Shown here one piece after another: positions 9,915 to 20,085 of a stretch of 64,000 nt of DNA. A program made the translations under genes and the position numbers. Numbering within the stretch: position 1 is the first letter of the stretch; each line of letters starts with the position of its first letter. The notes beneath the pieces are model-generated. The model did not search any database and was not told the origin of the DNA. It saw nothing but the letters and a program-made list of their open reading frames with translations. The stretch is from Halopseudomonas sp. (GTDB taxonomy: Bacteria; Pseudomonadota; Gammaproteobacteria; Pseudomonadales; Pseudomonadaceae): NCBI RefSeq assembly GCF_047631575.1, contig NZ_JBLIAB010000008.1, positions 9,950-73,949 on the forward strand. Direction: 5' to 3'.

Positions 9915-10142
9915 CTATTTGAACATGTCTGCCGGCACGTCTCGCCGGTGGGCAAGGCTGGTATCCCCTGTATCGGGATGAAAGACAATCAAAACCTCGT
10001 CTTTCTCAATCTGTTTACGTAATCGCGATACCCGTTGCTCGAGAGTCGCTTCGTATCCGTTGTCTGTGCCGTCACGTGTGACAAAGTCCTCTAAAAGACG
10101 TTCCAGTGTATGAGGGTCCAGCAGGGTATGGGGTATCAGCAT
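9915..10142 (-). CDS. yheU: YheU family protein (UPF0270)
   Basis: MLIPH..L..TL..L.EDFVTRDGTDNG signature. Confidence 0.9.
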   Translation of the reverse strand: MLIPHTLLDPHTLERLLEDFVTRDGTDNGYEATLEQRVSRLRKQIEKDEVLIVFHPDTGDTSLAHRRDVPADMFK

Positions 10143-10213
10143 GTTGTCTACTTCCCAGATGACAGTGGCACTAATGATACACTGCGTGGCCGTTCATCAG
10201 TGCTTGATCCGAT

Positions 10214-10972
10214 ATGATTACTGATCCGTTGTTTTATCTGTGTGCCATACCCGCGGTACTTCTTTATGGCATTGCCAAGGGCGGTTTTGGCGGCAATATT
10301 GCCATTTTGTCCGTGCCGCTGATGGCACTCGTGATGTCGCCGCAGCAGGCTGCAGCCATTCTGTTGCCGATCCTGATCGCGATGGATCTCATGGCCTTAC
10401 GCACTTTTCGCGGCCGCTGGGACAGGTCGAATCTTCGCATCATCCTGCCCGCATCACTGATCGGGGTTCTGTTGGGCGGGCTGATGTTTCGCGTTCTGGA
10501 AGAGGCGCACATCCAGTTGATGATTGGTGCCATTGCATTGATTTTCACGCTAAACATCTGGTTGCGCCGCGGCGATCCGCCACCCCGGGAAGCGAGCAGG
10601 TTACGAGGTAGTTTTTGGGGCATGGTGGCCGGCTTTACCAGCTTTGGTATTCACGCAGGTGGACCGCCGATCAACGTATACCTTCTACCGCAAAAGCTGG
10701 ATAAAACGCTGTTGATGGGCACGATCGCGGTTTTTTTTGCGGTGGTGAATCTGGCAAAGTTGCCGGCCTATATCTATCTCGGTCAATTCGACAAGACTAA
10801 CCTGCTGACCGCGCTGGTGTTACTGCCGCTGGCCCCAATCGGCGTCCGTATGGGGTTCTGGCTGTTGCAGCGCAGCAATGAGAAGCTGATCTACCAGTTG
10901 TGCTATGTATTTCTGTTTTTGACCGGTGGCCGGTTGTTTTACCAGGGTGCTACCGGTTTATACCCGGGCTGA
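10214..10972 (+). CDS. Sulfite exporter TauE/SafE family membrane protein
   Basis: GIAKGGFGG and SFGIHAGGPP repeats; about 8 TM segments; overlaps the convergent kinase 3' end by 23 bp. Confidence 0.85.
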   Translation: MITDPLFYLCAIPAVLLYGIAKGGFGGNIAILSVPLMALVMSPQQAAAILLPILIAMDLMALRTFRGRWDRSNLRIILPASLIGVLLGGLMFRVLEEAHIQLMIGAIALIFTLNIWLRRGDPPPREASRLRGSFWGMVAGFTSFGIHAGGPPINVYLLPQKLDKTLLMGTIAVFFAVVNLAKLPAYIYLGQFDKTNLLTALVLLPLAPIGVRMGFWLLQRSNEKLIYQLCYVFLFLTGGRLFYQGATGLYPG

Positions 10973-13754
10973 GCAGACGGTCGATGACCGCGTACAAGGC
11001 TTGCGCCTGCAGCGGTTTGGCTAAATAGACATCCATGCCAGCCTTGGCTCCGGCCTCCCGATGGATATCTAACACGTGAGCTGTCAGTGCAACGATGGTA
11101 ACGGCTGGTAGTTGAGTGCTACGTTCATAGGCGCGGATCTGACGCGTGGCTTCAAATCCGTCCATGTGTGGCATCTCCCCATCCATCAGAACCAGTTGAA
11201 AACGCTGGGCGTCGGCCTTGTACAAATGCACGGCCTCGGCTCCGTCATTTGCCAGCACAACAGTACAGTCATATCGTTCTAGCAAACCACGCACGACCAT
11301 CTGGTTGACAGGATTGTCTTCAGCGACCAACACGGTTATCCGATCGACTCTGGCTTGGCGGCGGAGAGTGGCGCGCTGCGGCTCGTCTGCCTGGACCGCT
11401 TTGGAGGATCTAGTGAGTGTATCTAGTGCCTCTCTCAGGCGATCTGGCGTGACTGGCGATCGGCAAGTCGAAACTACGTTGTCATTGGTGGCGCTTTGAT
11501 TGTCTGGGGTTGCCACAGAGCTCAGCAGTAGCGACGGTTGGCGGCGTTCTGCCAAGAGGGTTTCAAGGCGCGAGAGGTCGGTTGTATTCATTCCTGCGGT
11601 CGAGACTACCAGCAGACAGTCATCGGGTGGTTTCGCAAGATACTCATTTGCCAGAAGAGTCTGCACACTCAATCCCAGTCGTATTAACATTGCGCCATAG
11701 CACTCCAGTGCGGCTTGATCGCTGCCGATCAGCATGGCGAAGCCGGACAGGGGCACCTGATTTTGATTGCTCGTTGAGCCTTCGACAGTACCCAAGGAGA
11801 GCTCAAAGGAAAATGTCGAGCCTTCGTCCAAGGCGCTGGTGATTTCAATTCGGCTGCCCATAAGGGCGGCCAGTTCCTGGCTAATAGCCAGCCCAAGGCC
11901 GCTACCGCCATAGCGACGCGTGGTGCTGCTATCGGCTTGGGTGAACGAGTCGAATAGTTCGTTCTGGGTCTCTGGACCTATCCCTATACCGGTGTCTGTG
12001 ACCTGAAATTGCAGTAAGCAGTATCCTTGAGTCTGGTTGTTATCACGCCGGCTTACCTGCAGTGTAACGTGACCACGACTGGTGAATTTCATACCATTAC
12101 CAAGCAGGTTGAGTAGTATCTGATTGAGCCGGGTGGGGTCCCCTATCACTTTGCGTGGTACTTGCGGGTCTATACAGCAGTAGAGCTCCAGCTGCTTGGC
12201 AACGGCTTGCGCAGTAAACAGGCTGCACGTACTTGAAAGGAGCTCTTCGAGATCAAACTCGATTTGTTCGAGCTGCACATGTCCGGACTCGATACGGGCA
12301 TAATCCAGGACAGCATTAATGACCGACATCAAGGTGTTGCCGGAGCTGTTGATTGTATCTACATAGAACTGCTGGGTTTGGTTTAGCGGGGTATGGTGCA
12401 ACAGGTGGAGCATCCCGAGCACACCGTTCAGTGGCGTGCGTATCTCGTGGCTCATCTTCGCGAGAAAACGTCCTTTGGCGCGCGCTTCCAAGCGGGCCTG
12501 TCGGGCTTGCTCATCAGCCTTGAAACGGGCTTCCTTAAGGGTTCTAATTCGGTCAGCCAGGCCCAGCGAAAGGATAAAAAGCTCCAGACAGATGCCCAGT
12601 TTGACCCAGTCTGTGCCATAGGAAACCGCCAGTTCGTAACCTAGGGAGCCGACTGTTGACAGCATCAGGGAGCCAAGCAAAACACTCCATGCCAGAGTGT
12701 AATACAAGCCATAACGAAATCCCTGACGCCAGACGTAAATGCCGGTTGCCAGCAGAATTGCGGAGGTACTCAACACGAATAAACTGGCTAGGAGGTTATA
12801 GGCTGCTAAACCGATTAGCGGAAAACTCAGCAGTGTGATGGCCACCAAAATGATCACACTCAAGAGCAGTCGATCAATTCGGTGAAAATGCGCGGCGGTG
12901 TGCAAGAAGTGTCTGCTGAACTGAGTAGCGACAATACAGTGCAAAAACATCAGGCTGTAGATTGAGCCCGACTGGATGCCGATGCTCATTGGCAGCCATT
13001 TCCATAGCAACCCATCGAAGGCTGCCATAAATAGAAGCATGTTCAGAGTGTATATCAGGTACCAGAAATAACTGGTTTCGCGTAGTGACGCGAACAGGAA
13101 CAAGTTGTAGGCGAACAGACCAAGTAAAACGCCATAGAACACACCATGGGCCAGTGAACTGATTTCCAGTCGTGCGGCTGCGGCCGGCCAGGTCGCAAAG
13201 TACAGCGGGACGAAAACGGTGCTACTGGATTCAACACGCACATAAATCCGGTTGATACCGGAGGGCAAAGAAATAGTCAGCCAGGGGTTGCGTACCTGCA
13301 AAGGTCGTTCTTCAAGCAGCAGATGATCGCCGCTTTTCTGGTGGTGCATTCTGCGTTGCGGGTCGATATGGAATAGCTCGACGCGGTCCAGGATCGGGTA
13401 GTTGATCTCCAAAACGCCATCGAGCGCTTGCTCTGTGCGGTTATCCAGCAGAACCGTCAGCCACCAGGCTGATGTGTTCTTGCCCTTGTTGATATGAGTG
13501 CCTGTAACGGGTTGCCAGGGCAGGTTTGCATCGTCACCCAGTTGGCTGACAACGTATTGCTGTTGGGGGTCTTCGAGCACCAGAGCATGCCTGGCAAGGT
13601 TGAGGCGAACGTTTGCCTTGTCGAGCACGACGATAGCGCCCGGCGCGGTCGGTTTTCCGTGCACTGCATTGTCTAGCGCGCTGACCTGTGCCGGCAACAG
13701 CAGCAAGTACATACAACAAATAAGCAGCCATCGTAACGAAAACATTGGATGCAT
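10950..13754 (-). CDS. Hybrid sensor histidine kinase, 7TMR-DISM input (RetS/LadS-like): DISMED2, 7TM, HisKA, HATPase, degenerate REC, REC
   Basis: H box FLAKMSHEIRTPLNG, N box NLLGNGMKFT, G1 DTGIGI, G2 GGSGLGL; final REC with EDN..LMDGEMP..KP. Confidence 0.92.
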   Translation of the reverse strand: MHPMFSLRWLLICCMYLLLLPAQVSALDNAVHGKPTAPGAIVVLDKANVRLNLARHALVLEDPQQQYVVSQLGDDANLPWQPVTGTHINKGKNTSAWWLTVLLDNRTEQALDGVLEINYPILDRVELFHIDPQRRMHHQKSGDHLLLEERPLQVRNPWLTISLPSGINRIYVRVESSSTVFVPLYFATWPAAAARLEISSLAHGVFYGVLLGLFAYNLFLFASLRETSYFWYLIYTLNMLLFMAAFDGLLWKWLPMSIGIQSGSIYSLMFLHCIVATQFSRHFLHTAAHFHRIDRLLLSVIILVAITLLSFPLIGLAAYNLLASLFVLSTSAILLATGIYVWRQGFRYGLYYTLAWSVLLGSLMLSTVGSLGYELAVSYGTDWVKLGICLELFILSLGLADRIRTLKEARFKADEQARQARLEARAKGRFLAKMSHEIRTPLNGVLGMLHLLHHTPLNQTQQFYVDTINSSGNTLMSVINAVLDYARIESGHVQLEQIEFDLEELLSSTCSLFTAQAVAKQLELYCCIDPQVPRKVIGDPTRLNQILLNLLGNGMKFTSRGHVTLQVSRRDNNQTQGYCLLQFQVTDTGIGIGPETQNELFDSFTQADSSTTRRYGGSGLGLAISQELAALMGSRIEITSALDEGSTFSFELSLGTVEGSTSNQNQVPLSGFAMLIGSDQAALECYGAMLIRLGLSVQTLLANEYLAKPPDDCLLVVSTAGMNTTDLSRLETLLAERRQPSLLLSSVATPDNQSATNDNVVSTCRSPVTPDRLREALDTLTRSSKAVQADEPQRATLRRQARVDRITVLVAEDNPVNQMVVRGLLERYDCTVVLANDGAEAVHLYKADAQRFQLVLMDGEMPHMDGFEATRQIRAYERSTQLPAVTIVALTAHVLDIHREAGAKAGMDVYLAKPLQAQALYAVIDRLLSPGINR

Positions 13755-13883
13755 GCCTTGGGGCGCCGCCGGTTCTTCGGTTTGTTCTATCGACGGGCTT
13801 TACTGAATGCTAGCACAGCAATGGTAGAAACGTGTACAGGCTGAAAGTGGCGCAGGTCGGGGGAGAAAAGCTCAGGAGTAGGC

Positions 13884-15866
13884 TCAGGTACCACGGATCA
13901 ACTGGCGGAGTAAAAAGCGGTTTGGATGGACTGCTTTCATTAGGTCAGAGGGTAATGGCATCGGTTCATTCTCGAGTAAGGCCGCAATAATCTCACCACT
14001 GAGCGGACAGCTTATCAGTCCCCGTGAACCATGTGCCGCATTGATGTAAAGACCTGTATGCCAGGGTGATGGTGTATCGGGTCTTTTCGATGCGTCCTTC
14101 GCAAGCGCCGCATAATCCTCACGGAATTGTTCGGCTTGAACGACCGGTCCAATAAGGGGTAAATAGTCAGGTGTAGTACAGCGCAGGGCAGCTCTCGCCT
14201 TGAGAGTCGCTGGATCCAGCTGACCATCACCGGCCAGAGCCTCTTCAAATTCAGGTGAGAGGCTGGAGAGTAACGCCAGGTTACTGACATTCTCCTCCAC
14301 ACTGGGTTCGGTATCAGAGCGGTCAAAGCGAAAGCTGGCGCCAAGGAAGTGCTCCTCACCGCGCGCCGGCGATACGTACCCATCGCCACACAGTACGCTG
14401 CGTAAAGCCTGGCTTTGAGCATTTGCGCGCAGGTGGGTTATCTGGCCGCGTATGGTCTTCAGGGGTAGGTGGGCGGTCTGCGTAAAACGCTGGCTGTCCC
14501 CTGCGCTGCAAATAATGGCAATAGCAGCGTCAGCGATTGTCTGACCTTGTTCATCGATTGCATGCCAGCGCGCGTCACGCTGTTGCAGCGTCAACGCTTC
14601 CTGACAGGTTGACAGCGTGATGCCGGCCTTTAGCAGTAGAGCTCTACAGAAAGCGGGTGGGTTGACCCAGCCCCCCTCGGGAAAGAACAGGCCGCCGTTA
14701 GCAACCTTCACGCCGGCAATCCGACTTGCCTCTCCACTGTTCACGCCATACAGAAAGTTTGCTGGGTACCCCTGTGTAGCCAGGGCCTGCAAGCGGGTTT
14801 GCTCTTTGGCATTACCGCTGAGTTGCAGCACCCCACAGGCTGCCCAGCCATCACCGTCCTGCGCAAGGAGCTGGTGCAGAATGCGCAGACTGTAGGCGTA
14901 GCTGGTTTGGACAAAACGCGAGAGGGGGGTCTGGTGGGGCGACAGTTTGCAGTAGAGAATGCCTTGAGGGTTGCCTGATGCCTCCCGGGCTTCACCGGCA
15001 TGGCGCTCTATAACGGTTACCGCCCAGCCCCGTTGAGCCAAGGCAAACGCCGTACTGCAGCCGGCTAGTCCTGCGCCAATGATCAGCGCCCGGCGCTCAC
15101 GGATGAGCGCCGGCGGTCGATTAAACCACGGAGGTGTCCAGTCACGTGCGGCCAGGGTATCGATTCGGCCGGTGAGCAACTCACGTTTGCCGTCATGTGC
15201 TTTTACAGTTTCCAGCTTGAATCCAGCATCAGTCAGGCCTTGACGTACGTCTTCTGCGCTGGTGAACGTGGCGATAGTGGTGCCTGGCCGAGCCAACCGA
15301 GCCATCTGCCGGTAGAGTGCGGATTGCCACATGTCAGGGTTTTTTGCCGGGGCAAAACCATCCAGAAACCAGGCATCAACTTTGGCGTCGAGGTACGGCA
15401 ATAATTGGAGTGCATCGCCAATCATCAACGTCAGCGTGATCCGGCCGTTAGCAAGGACGAAGTGTTGCCAGCCGGGTGCAGGCGAGGTGTATTGCTCGAG
15501 TAGTTGCGTGGACCATGGAGTCAATTCGGGCCATAACCCATGGGCGCGTTGCAGATCAGTAGCGCTGAGGGGGGATATTTCGACACTGACGAAATGCAGT
15601 CGGGCGTCAGCTGGCGCCATACGGTCCCAGAGTTGCCACGCGCAGAGAAAATTCAAACCCGTACCAAAACCCGTTTCCGCGATGCAGAACCTGTCGCCCG
15701 CGAGCAATGTCTGCCATCGCTGCTCTAGCTGATTGTGCCGCAGAAAAACGTCCCTGCTTTCATCCATGCCGTCATCGCGAGAATAATAGATATCGCCGAA
15801 ATGCTCAGAGATAGGTCGTCCGTCTTCGGTCCAGTTCAGCTGGGCAAGGGGGTAAGGCAAGTTCAC
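13884..15866 (-). CDS. mnmC: Bifunctional tRNA mnm5s2U34 biosynthesis protein MnmC
   Basis: N-terminal methyltransferase (ETGFGTGLNF, WFLDGFAPAKNPDMW) fused to an FAD oxidoreductase (IIGAGLAG, SGNPQG); GTG start with GGAG RBS. Confidence 0.96.
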   Translation of the reverse strand: MNLPYPLAQLNWTEDGRPISEHFGDIYYSRDDGMDESRDVFLRHNQLEQRWQTLLAGDRFCIAETGFGTGLNFLCAWQLWDRMAPADARLHFVSVEISPLSATDLQRAHGLWPELTPWSTQLLEQYTSPAPGWQHFVLANGRITLTLMIGDALQLLPYLDAKVDAWFLDGFAPAKNPDMWQSALYRQMARLARPGTTIATFTSAEDVRQGLTDAGFKLETVKAHDGKRELLTGRIDTLAARDWTPPWFNRPPALIRERRALIIGAGLAGCSTAFALAQRGWAVTVIERHAGEAREASGNPQGILYCKLSPHQTPLSRFVQTSYAYSLRILHQLLAQDGDGWAACGVLQLSGNAKEQTRLQALATQGYPANFLYGVNSGEASRIAGVKVANGGLFFPEGGWVNPPAFCRALLLKAGITLSTCQEALTLQQRDARWHAIDEQGQTIADAAIAIICSAGDSQRFTQTAHLPLKTIRGQITHLRANAQSQALRSVLCGDGYVSPARGEEHFLGASFRFDRSDTEPSVEENVSNLALLSSLSPEFEEALAGDGQLDPATLKARAALRCTTPDYLPLIGPVVQAEQFREDYAALAKDASKRPDTPSPWHTGLYINAAHGSRGLISCPLSGEIIAALLENEPMPLPSDLMKAVHPNRFLLRQLIRGT

Positions 15867-15941
15867 GTGAGCTCCAATGACCCAGGGATGTGTGCGTCAT
15901 TGTACTGCTAAGCAGCTGGAGAAAAGCGTAAAACCACCCTG

Positions 15942-16046
15942 TCAGGCAGCGCCACCCCAGTTGATGTTGGGCAGGATCAACAGCAGCCAGGTGGCTGCGA
16001 ATACCAGGCCGACTGATGAAAACCGTGTTCTGATCGGCTTTTTCAT
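15942..16046 (-). CDS. Putative 34-aa single-TM or signal-like small protein (not in the ORF track)
   Basis: Read by hand: MKKPIRTRFSSVGLVFAATWLLLILPNINWGGAA-TGA. AAGAAGG RBS, A-rich AACAAAAATAA leader and a sigma54-like motif upstream. Confidence 0.5.
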   Translation of the reverse strand: MKKPIRTRFSSVGLVFAATWLLLILPNINWGGAA

Positions 16047-16105
16047 GGCAAGCGCCTTCTTGGTTCGTTTATTTTTGTTATGCGCAGTGGTGAGCATCGC
16101 AATGC

Positions 16106-16120
16106 GCTATGGCGGCGCCA
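16106..16120 (-). promoter_or_regulatory. Candidate sigma54 promoter for the 34-aa ORF
   Basis: Minus strand TGGCGCCGCCATAGC: GG-N10-GC spacing is exact, with 3 deviations from consensus. Confidence 0.4.
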
Positions 16121-16382
16121 CTTAATGTCTGCAGCGCTATTGTGACTTGATGATAGATGCTCTGGCAATGCTGCATTAGACCAATTGGCTACATGCATTA
16201 CAGGGCAAGTCGCGAACGGCTATGTATATGAAATCAAAGTGACATCTTTTTCGGGTACGCGTGGGTTGCGAGGCCCACGAGCACAACGGCGCAAGCTTTG
16301 GTCAGCGCGATTGAGCGTTTTGGTCATTGTTCCGATACCTCTGAAAGGTAGGGTAGTTATATGGCCCTATTGGAGAGACCTG

Positions 16383-17588
16383 ATGACTGAGGCGATGATT
16401 TTTGATGCGGTGCGCACGCCCCGCGGCAAGGGACGTAAGGACGGGTCGCTGTATAGCGTCAAGCCCGTTAACTTAATGGCCGGATTGCTGCGCACTTTAC
16501 AGCAGCGCAACGATCTGGATACCAGTCAGGTGGATGATATCGTTCTGGGCTGTGTCACGCCGGTGGGTGATCAGGGCGCCGATATTGCCAAGACCGCCGC
16601 GCTGGCGGCGGACTGGGACGACTGCGTCGCGGGTGTGCAGATCAATCGCTTCTGCGCATCAGGTCTTGAGGCAGTGAACCTATGCGCCATGAAGGTTCGC
16701 TCAGGATTTGAAGATCTGGTCGTGGCAGGCGGGGTGGAGTCCATGTCGCGGGTGCCGATGGGCTCCGATGGGGGTGCCTGGGCGATGGATCCCGAGGTCA
16801 ATATGCATACCCGCTTTGTGCCCCAGGGCATCGGCGCAGATCTGATTGCCACACTGGAAGGCTTCAGCCGTGAGGATGTCGATGCCTTTGCCTTGCGCTC
16901 GCAGCACAAAGCCGCCCGTGCCCGAGCCGAGCACGCTTTTGCGCGAACGCTGGTACCTGTTACTGATCAAAATGGCATTATGTTACTGGACAACGACGAG
17001 TTTATCCGCCCTGACAGCACACTGGTCGGCTTGGGTGCCCTGAAACCGAGCTTTGAGGCGATGGGTCGGATGGGTTTCGATGCCTCGGCTCTACAGCGTT
17101 ATCCGCAGGTCGAACGTATCCATCACGTGCATACGCCGGGTAACAGCTCGGGAATCGTCGATGGTGCGGTTGCTATGCTGATTGGCTCCCAAGCAAAGGG
17201 TGAGGCATTGGGTCTTACTGCGCGAGGGCGCATCGTAGCGACCGCTGTGACCAGTACCGATCCGACCATCATGCTTACGGGTCCGGCACCTGCGACCCGT
17301 AAGGTGTTGGCGCGGGCGGGGATGACGATCGACGAAATTGATCTGTTTGAAGTGAACGAGGCGTTTGCATCCGTCGTCATGCGTTTCATGCGCGAGATGC
17401 AGGTCCCCGAGGGGAAAATCAACGTCAACGGCGGCAGTATTGCAATGGGCCATCCATTGGGCGCCACGGGCTGCATCATCCTCGCTACGCTGCTCGACGA
17501 ACTGGAGCGGCGCAATCTGCGTTACGGCCTGGCCACGCTTTGCGTTGGCGGCGGTATGGGTATCGCTACCATCATCGAACGCGTCTGA
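16383..17588 (+). CDS. Acetyl-CoA C-acyltransferase (thiolase)
   Basis: INRFCASGL catalytic Cys, [18 protein letters not shown] and LCVGGGMG motifs; GGAG RBS before ATG 16383. Confidence 0.95.
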   Translation: MTEAMIFDAVRTPRGKGRKDGSLYSVKPVNLMAGLLRTLQQRNDLDTSQVDDIVLGCVTPVGDQGADIAKTAALAADWDDCVAGVQINRFCASGLEAVNLCAMKVRSGFEDLVVAGGVESMSRVPMGSDGGAWAMDPEVNMHTRFVPQGIGADLIATLEGFSREDVDAFALRSQHKAARARAEHAFARTLVPVTDQNGIMLLDNDEFIRPDSTLVGLGALKPSFEAMGRMGFDASALQRYPQVERIHHVHTPGNSSGIVDGAVAMLIGSQAKGEALGLTARGRIVATAVTSTDPTIMLTGPAPATRKVLARAGMTIDEIDLFEVNEAFASVVMRFMREMQVPEGKINVNGGSIAMGHPLGATGCIILATLLDELERRNLRYGLATLCVGGGMGIATIIERV

Positions 17589-17598
17589 GGAGATGAAC

Positions 17599-19743
17599 AT
17601 GACCGATGCTATTCGTTACGACAAAGGCCTGGACGGCATTGTTATCCTGACCATGGATATGCCTGGCCAGAGCGCCAATACCATGAACGCAAGCTACCGC
17701 CACGCCATGGCTGAAACGGTAGAGCGATTGGAAAATGAACGCGACAGTATTGCAGGCGTTATCGTAACTTCGGCCAAGAAAACCTTCTTTGCCGGTGGCG
17801 ACTTGAATGAGCTGGTCAAGGTAACGCCCGCCGATGCCGATTCGTTTTATTACATGGTGCTGGGTATCAAAGCGCAATTGCGCAGGCTGGAAACCCTGGG
17901 CAAACCGGTTGTAGCCGCCATCAACGGGGCTGCACTGGGAGGTGGTTGGGAGCTGGCGCTGGCTTGCCATTACCGTATTGCAATGGATCACCCGTCCGTT
18001 CAGCTGGGGTTGCCCGAGGTGACTCTCGGATTATTGCCCGGCGGAGGTGGGATTGTGCGCATGGTGCGATTGCTCGGCGTAGAGAAGGCTTTGCCTTATC
18101 TGGTCGAAGGCAAGCAGGTGCGGCCGGCCGAGGCGCTGGAAGCCGGATTGATTCATGCCTTGGCGAGCGATCGCGACGATATGCTGGCCCGTGCCCGCAC
18201 CTGGATCTTGGGTGCGCCAGTTGCCGCGCAGCCCTGGGACCTTAAAGGATACAGGATGCCGGGTGGAACCCCGAACAGTCCCTCCCTGGCGCAGATGTTA
18301 CCGATAGCGCCTTCGGTACTGCGCAGCAAAACCCACGGCTGTTTGCCCGCCCCAGAGAAAATATTGTGCGCTGCGGTTGAGGGCGCGCAGGTCGATTTCG
18401 ATACTGCCCAGATTATTGAGACGCGTTATTTCACCGAGCTTGCAACCGGACAGGTGGCGAAAAATCTGATCGGCACCTTTTGGTTTCAGCTCAATCAGAT
18501 CAAGGCGGGTGGCTCTCGGCCGCAGGGCTTCGAGACGCGTCATATCCGCAAAGTGGGAGTGTTGGGTGCGGGCATGATGGGCGCCGGTATTGGCTATGTG
18601 TCGGCTGTTGCGGGTATTGAGGTGGTACTCAAGGATGTTTCGCAGGAAGCGGCAGACAAGGGCAAGGCTTATTCAGCAACATTGCTGGAAAAGAAAGTCG
18701 CTCGCGGTCAAATGCAGACGGAGAAGCGTGAGGCCATATTGGCGCGGATAAAGCCTACTATCGACGATGCGGATTTTTCTGGCTGCGATCTGATTATTGA
18801 AGCCGTGTTTGAGGATCGTGAACTCAAAGCAAAGGTTACCCGGGCGGCCGAGCAGCACGCACTACCCGACGCGGTTATCGCTTCGAATACCTCTACTCTG
18901 CCCATTAGTGGACTGGCGGGTGCGGTCAAACAGCCCCAGCGTTTCATCGGTCTGCATTTTTTCAGCCCAGTGGACAAGATGCCTTTGGTGGAAATAATCA
19001 AGGGCAGTCAGACCGACGATGAAACCCTGGCGCGCGCATTTGATTTTGTCATGCAGATCAACAAGACGCCGATTGTGGTCAATGACAGTCGTGGTTTCTT
19101 TACCTCGCGGGTATTCAGTACTTTTACCAGTGAAGGCATCGCGATGCTGGGTGAGGGTGTACCGGCGGCACTGATCGAAAACGTGGCGCGTCAATCAGGC
19201 ATGCCGGTTGGACCACTGGCCGTATCGGATGAGGTCTCCATGGGGCTGATGAGCCACATTCGCGAGCAGACACGCAAGGACCTAGCGGCCGAGGGCAAGC
19301 CACTTCAGGAACATCCTGCCTTTGCTGTGATAAGCCGAATGGTTGACGAGTTCAAGCGTCCCGGCAAGTCCGCCGGCAAGGGTTTCTATGATTATCCTGC
19401 CAGCGCTAAAAAATACCTGTGGCCTGATCTGAGCGGACACTTCGGACAAAGTGGCGTGTCGATACCGATAGAAGACGTGCGCGACAGGTTGCTTTTCGCA
19501 CAGGCCATCGAAACGGTGCGTTGCCTTGAGGAAAACGTATTGCTATCGACTGCAGACGCGAACATTGGCTCGATTTTCGGCATCGGCTTCGCTGCCTGGA
19601 CCGGAGGTGCTCTGCAGTACATCAACCAGTATGGCGTATCGGTGTTTGTGGCTCGGGCCCGGTATTTGGCCGAGCAATATGGCGAACGTTTCACGCCTCC
19701 GGCCCTTTTGATGCAGAAGGAAGCCGACGGCGCGCTGTTCTGA
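17599..19743 (+). CDS. Fatty-acid beta-oxidation multifunctional enzyme (enoyl-CoA hydratase plus 3-hydroxyacyl-CoA dehydrogenase)
   Basis: FFAGGDL, ALGGGWE, GLPEV..GLLPGGGG, GVLGAGMMG and GLHFFSPV motifs; GAGGAG RBS; operonic with the thiolase. Confidence 0.95.
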   Translation: MTDAIRYDKGLDGIVILTMDMPGQSANTMNASYRHAMAETVERLENERDSIAGVIVTSAKKTFFAGGDLNELVKVTPADADSFYYMVLGIKAQLRRLETLGKPVVAAINGAALGGGWELALACHYRIAMDHPSVQLGLPEVTLGLLPGGGGIVRMVRLLGVEKALPYLVEGKQVRPAEALEAGLIHALASDRDDMLARARTWILGAPVAAQPWDLKGYRMPGGTPNSPSLAQMLPIAPSVLRSKTHGCLPAPEKILCAAVEGAQVDFDTAQIIETRYFTELATGQVAKNLIGTFWFQLNQIKAGGSRPQGFETRHIRKVGVLGAGMMGAGIGYVSAVAGIEVVLKDVSQEAADKGKAYSATLLEKKVARGQMQTEKREAILARIKPTIDDADFSGCDLIIEAVFEDRELKAKVTRAAEQHALPDAVIASNTSTLPISGLAGAVKQPQRFIGLHFFSPVDKMPLVEIIKGSQTDDETLARAFDFVMQINKTPIVVNDSRGFFTSRVFSTFTSEGIAMLGEGVPAALIENVARQSGMPVGPLAVSDEVSMGLMSHIREQTRKDLAAEGKPLQEHPAFAVISRMVDEFKRPGKSAGKGFYDYPASAKKYLWPDLSGHFGQSGVSIPIEDVRDRLLFAQAIETVRCLEENVLLSTADANIGSIFGIGFAAWTGGALQYINQYGVSVFVARARYLAEQYGERFTPPALLMQKEADGALF

Positions 19744-19746
19744 GCC

Positions 19747-20085
19747 TCAGCTTTTCAGTCTTTCGGTCCTGGCGGCCATGATCAGGTCGTTGCGATGGAC
19801 GCCGCCCAGGTCGTGGCTCCACCAGGTGACGGTGACCTTGCCCCACTCGGTCAGCAATGCCGGGTGGTGGCCGACGTCTTCAGCTAATGCGCCCACCTGA
19901 TTTGTGAAGGTGAGTGCTTGCTGAAAGTCTTTGAATTGATATGTTTTTTCCGCCCGACTCACGTCATCAATGCTGATCAGGGACCAGCCTTCCAAACTCT
20001 CCAGAAGCGTCTGAGCATCATTTTCAGCGAGAATTTTTGCACCCTGTTTTGATCTGTCGAGCGACTCTGTAGCTAATGTACCCAT
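19747..20085 (-). CDS. phhB: Pterin-4-alpha-carbinolamine dehydratase
   Basis: EDVGHHPALLTEWGKVTVTWWSH..GVHRND motif; AAGGAG RBS before ATG 20085. Confidence 0.9.
   Translation of the reverse strand: MGTLATESLDRSKQGAKILAENDAQTLLESLEGWSLISIDDVSRAEKTYQFKDFQQALTFTNQVGALAEDVGHHPALLTEWGKVTVTWWSHDLGGVHRNDLIMAARTERLKS

Noticed and set aside
15877-16125. 82-aa plus-strand ORF between mnmC and the thiolase
   Set aside because: No RBS; the minus-strand 34-aa ORF has better translation and promoter signals.
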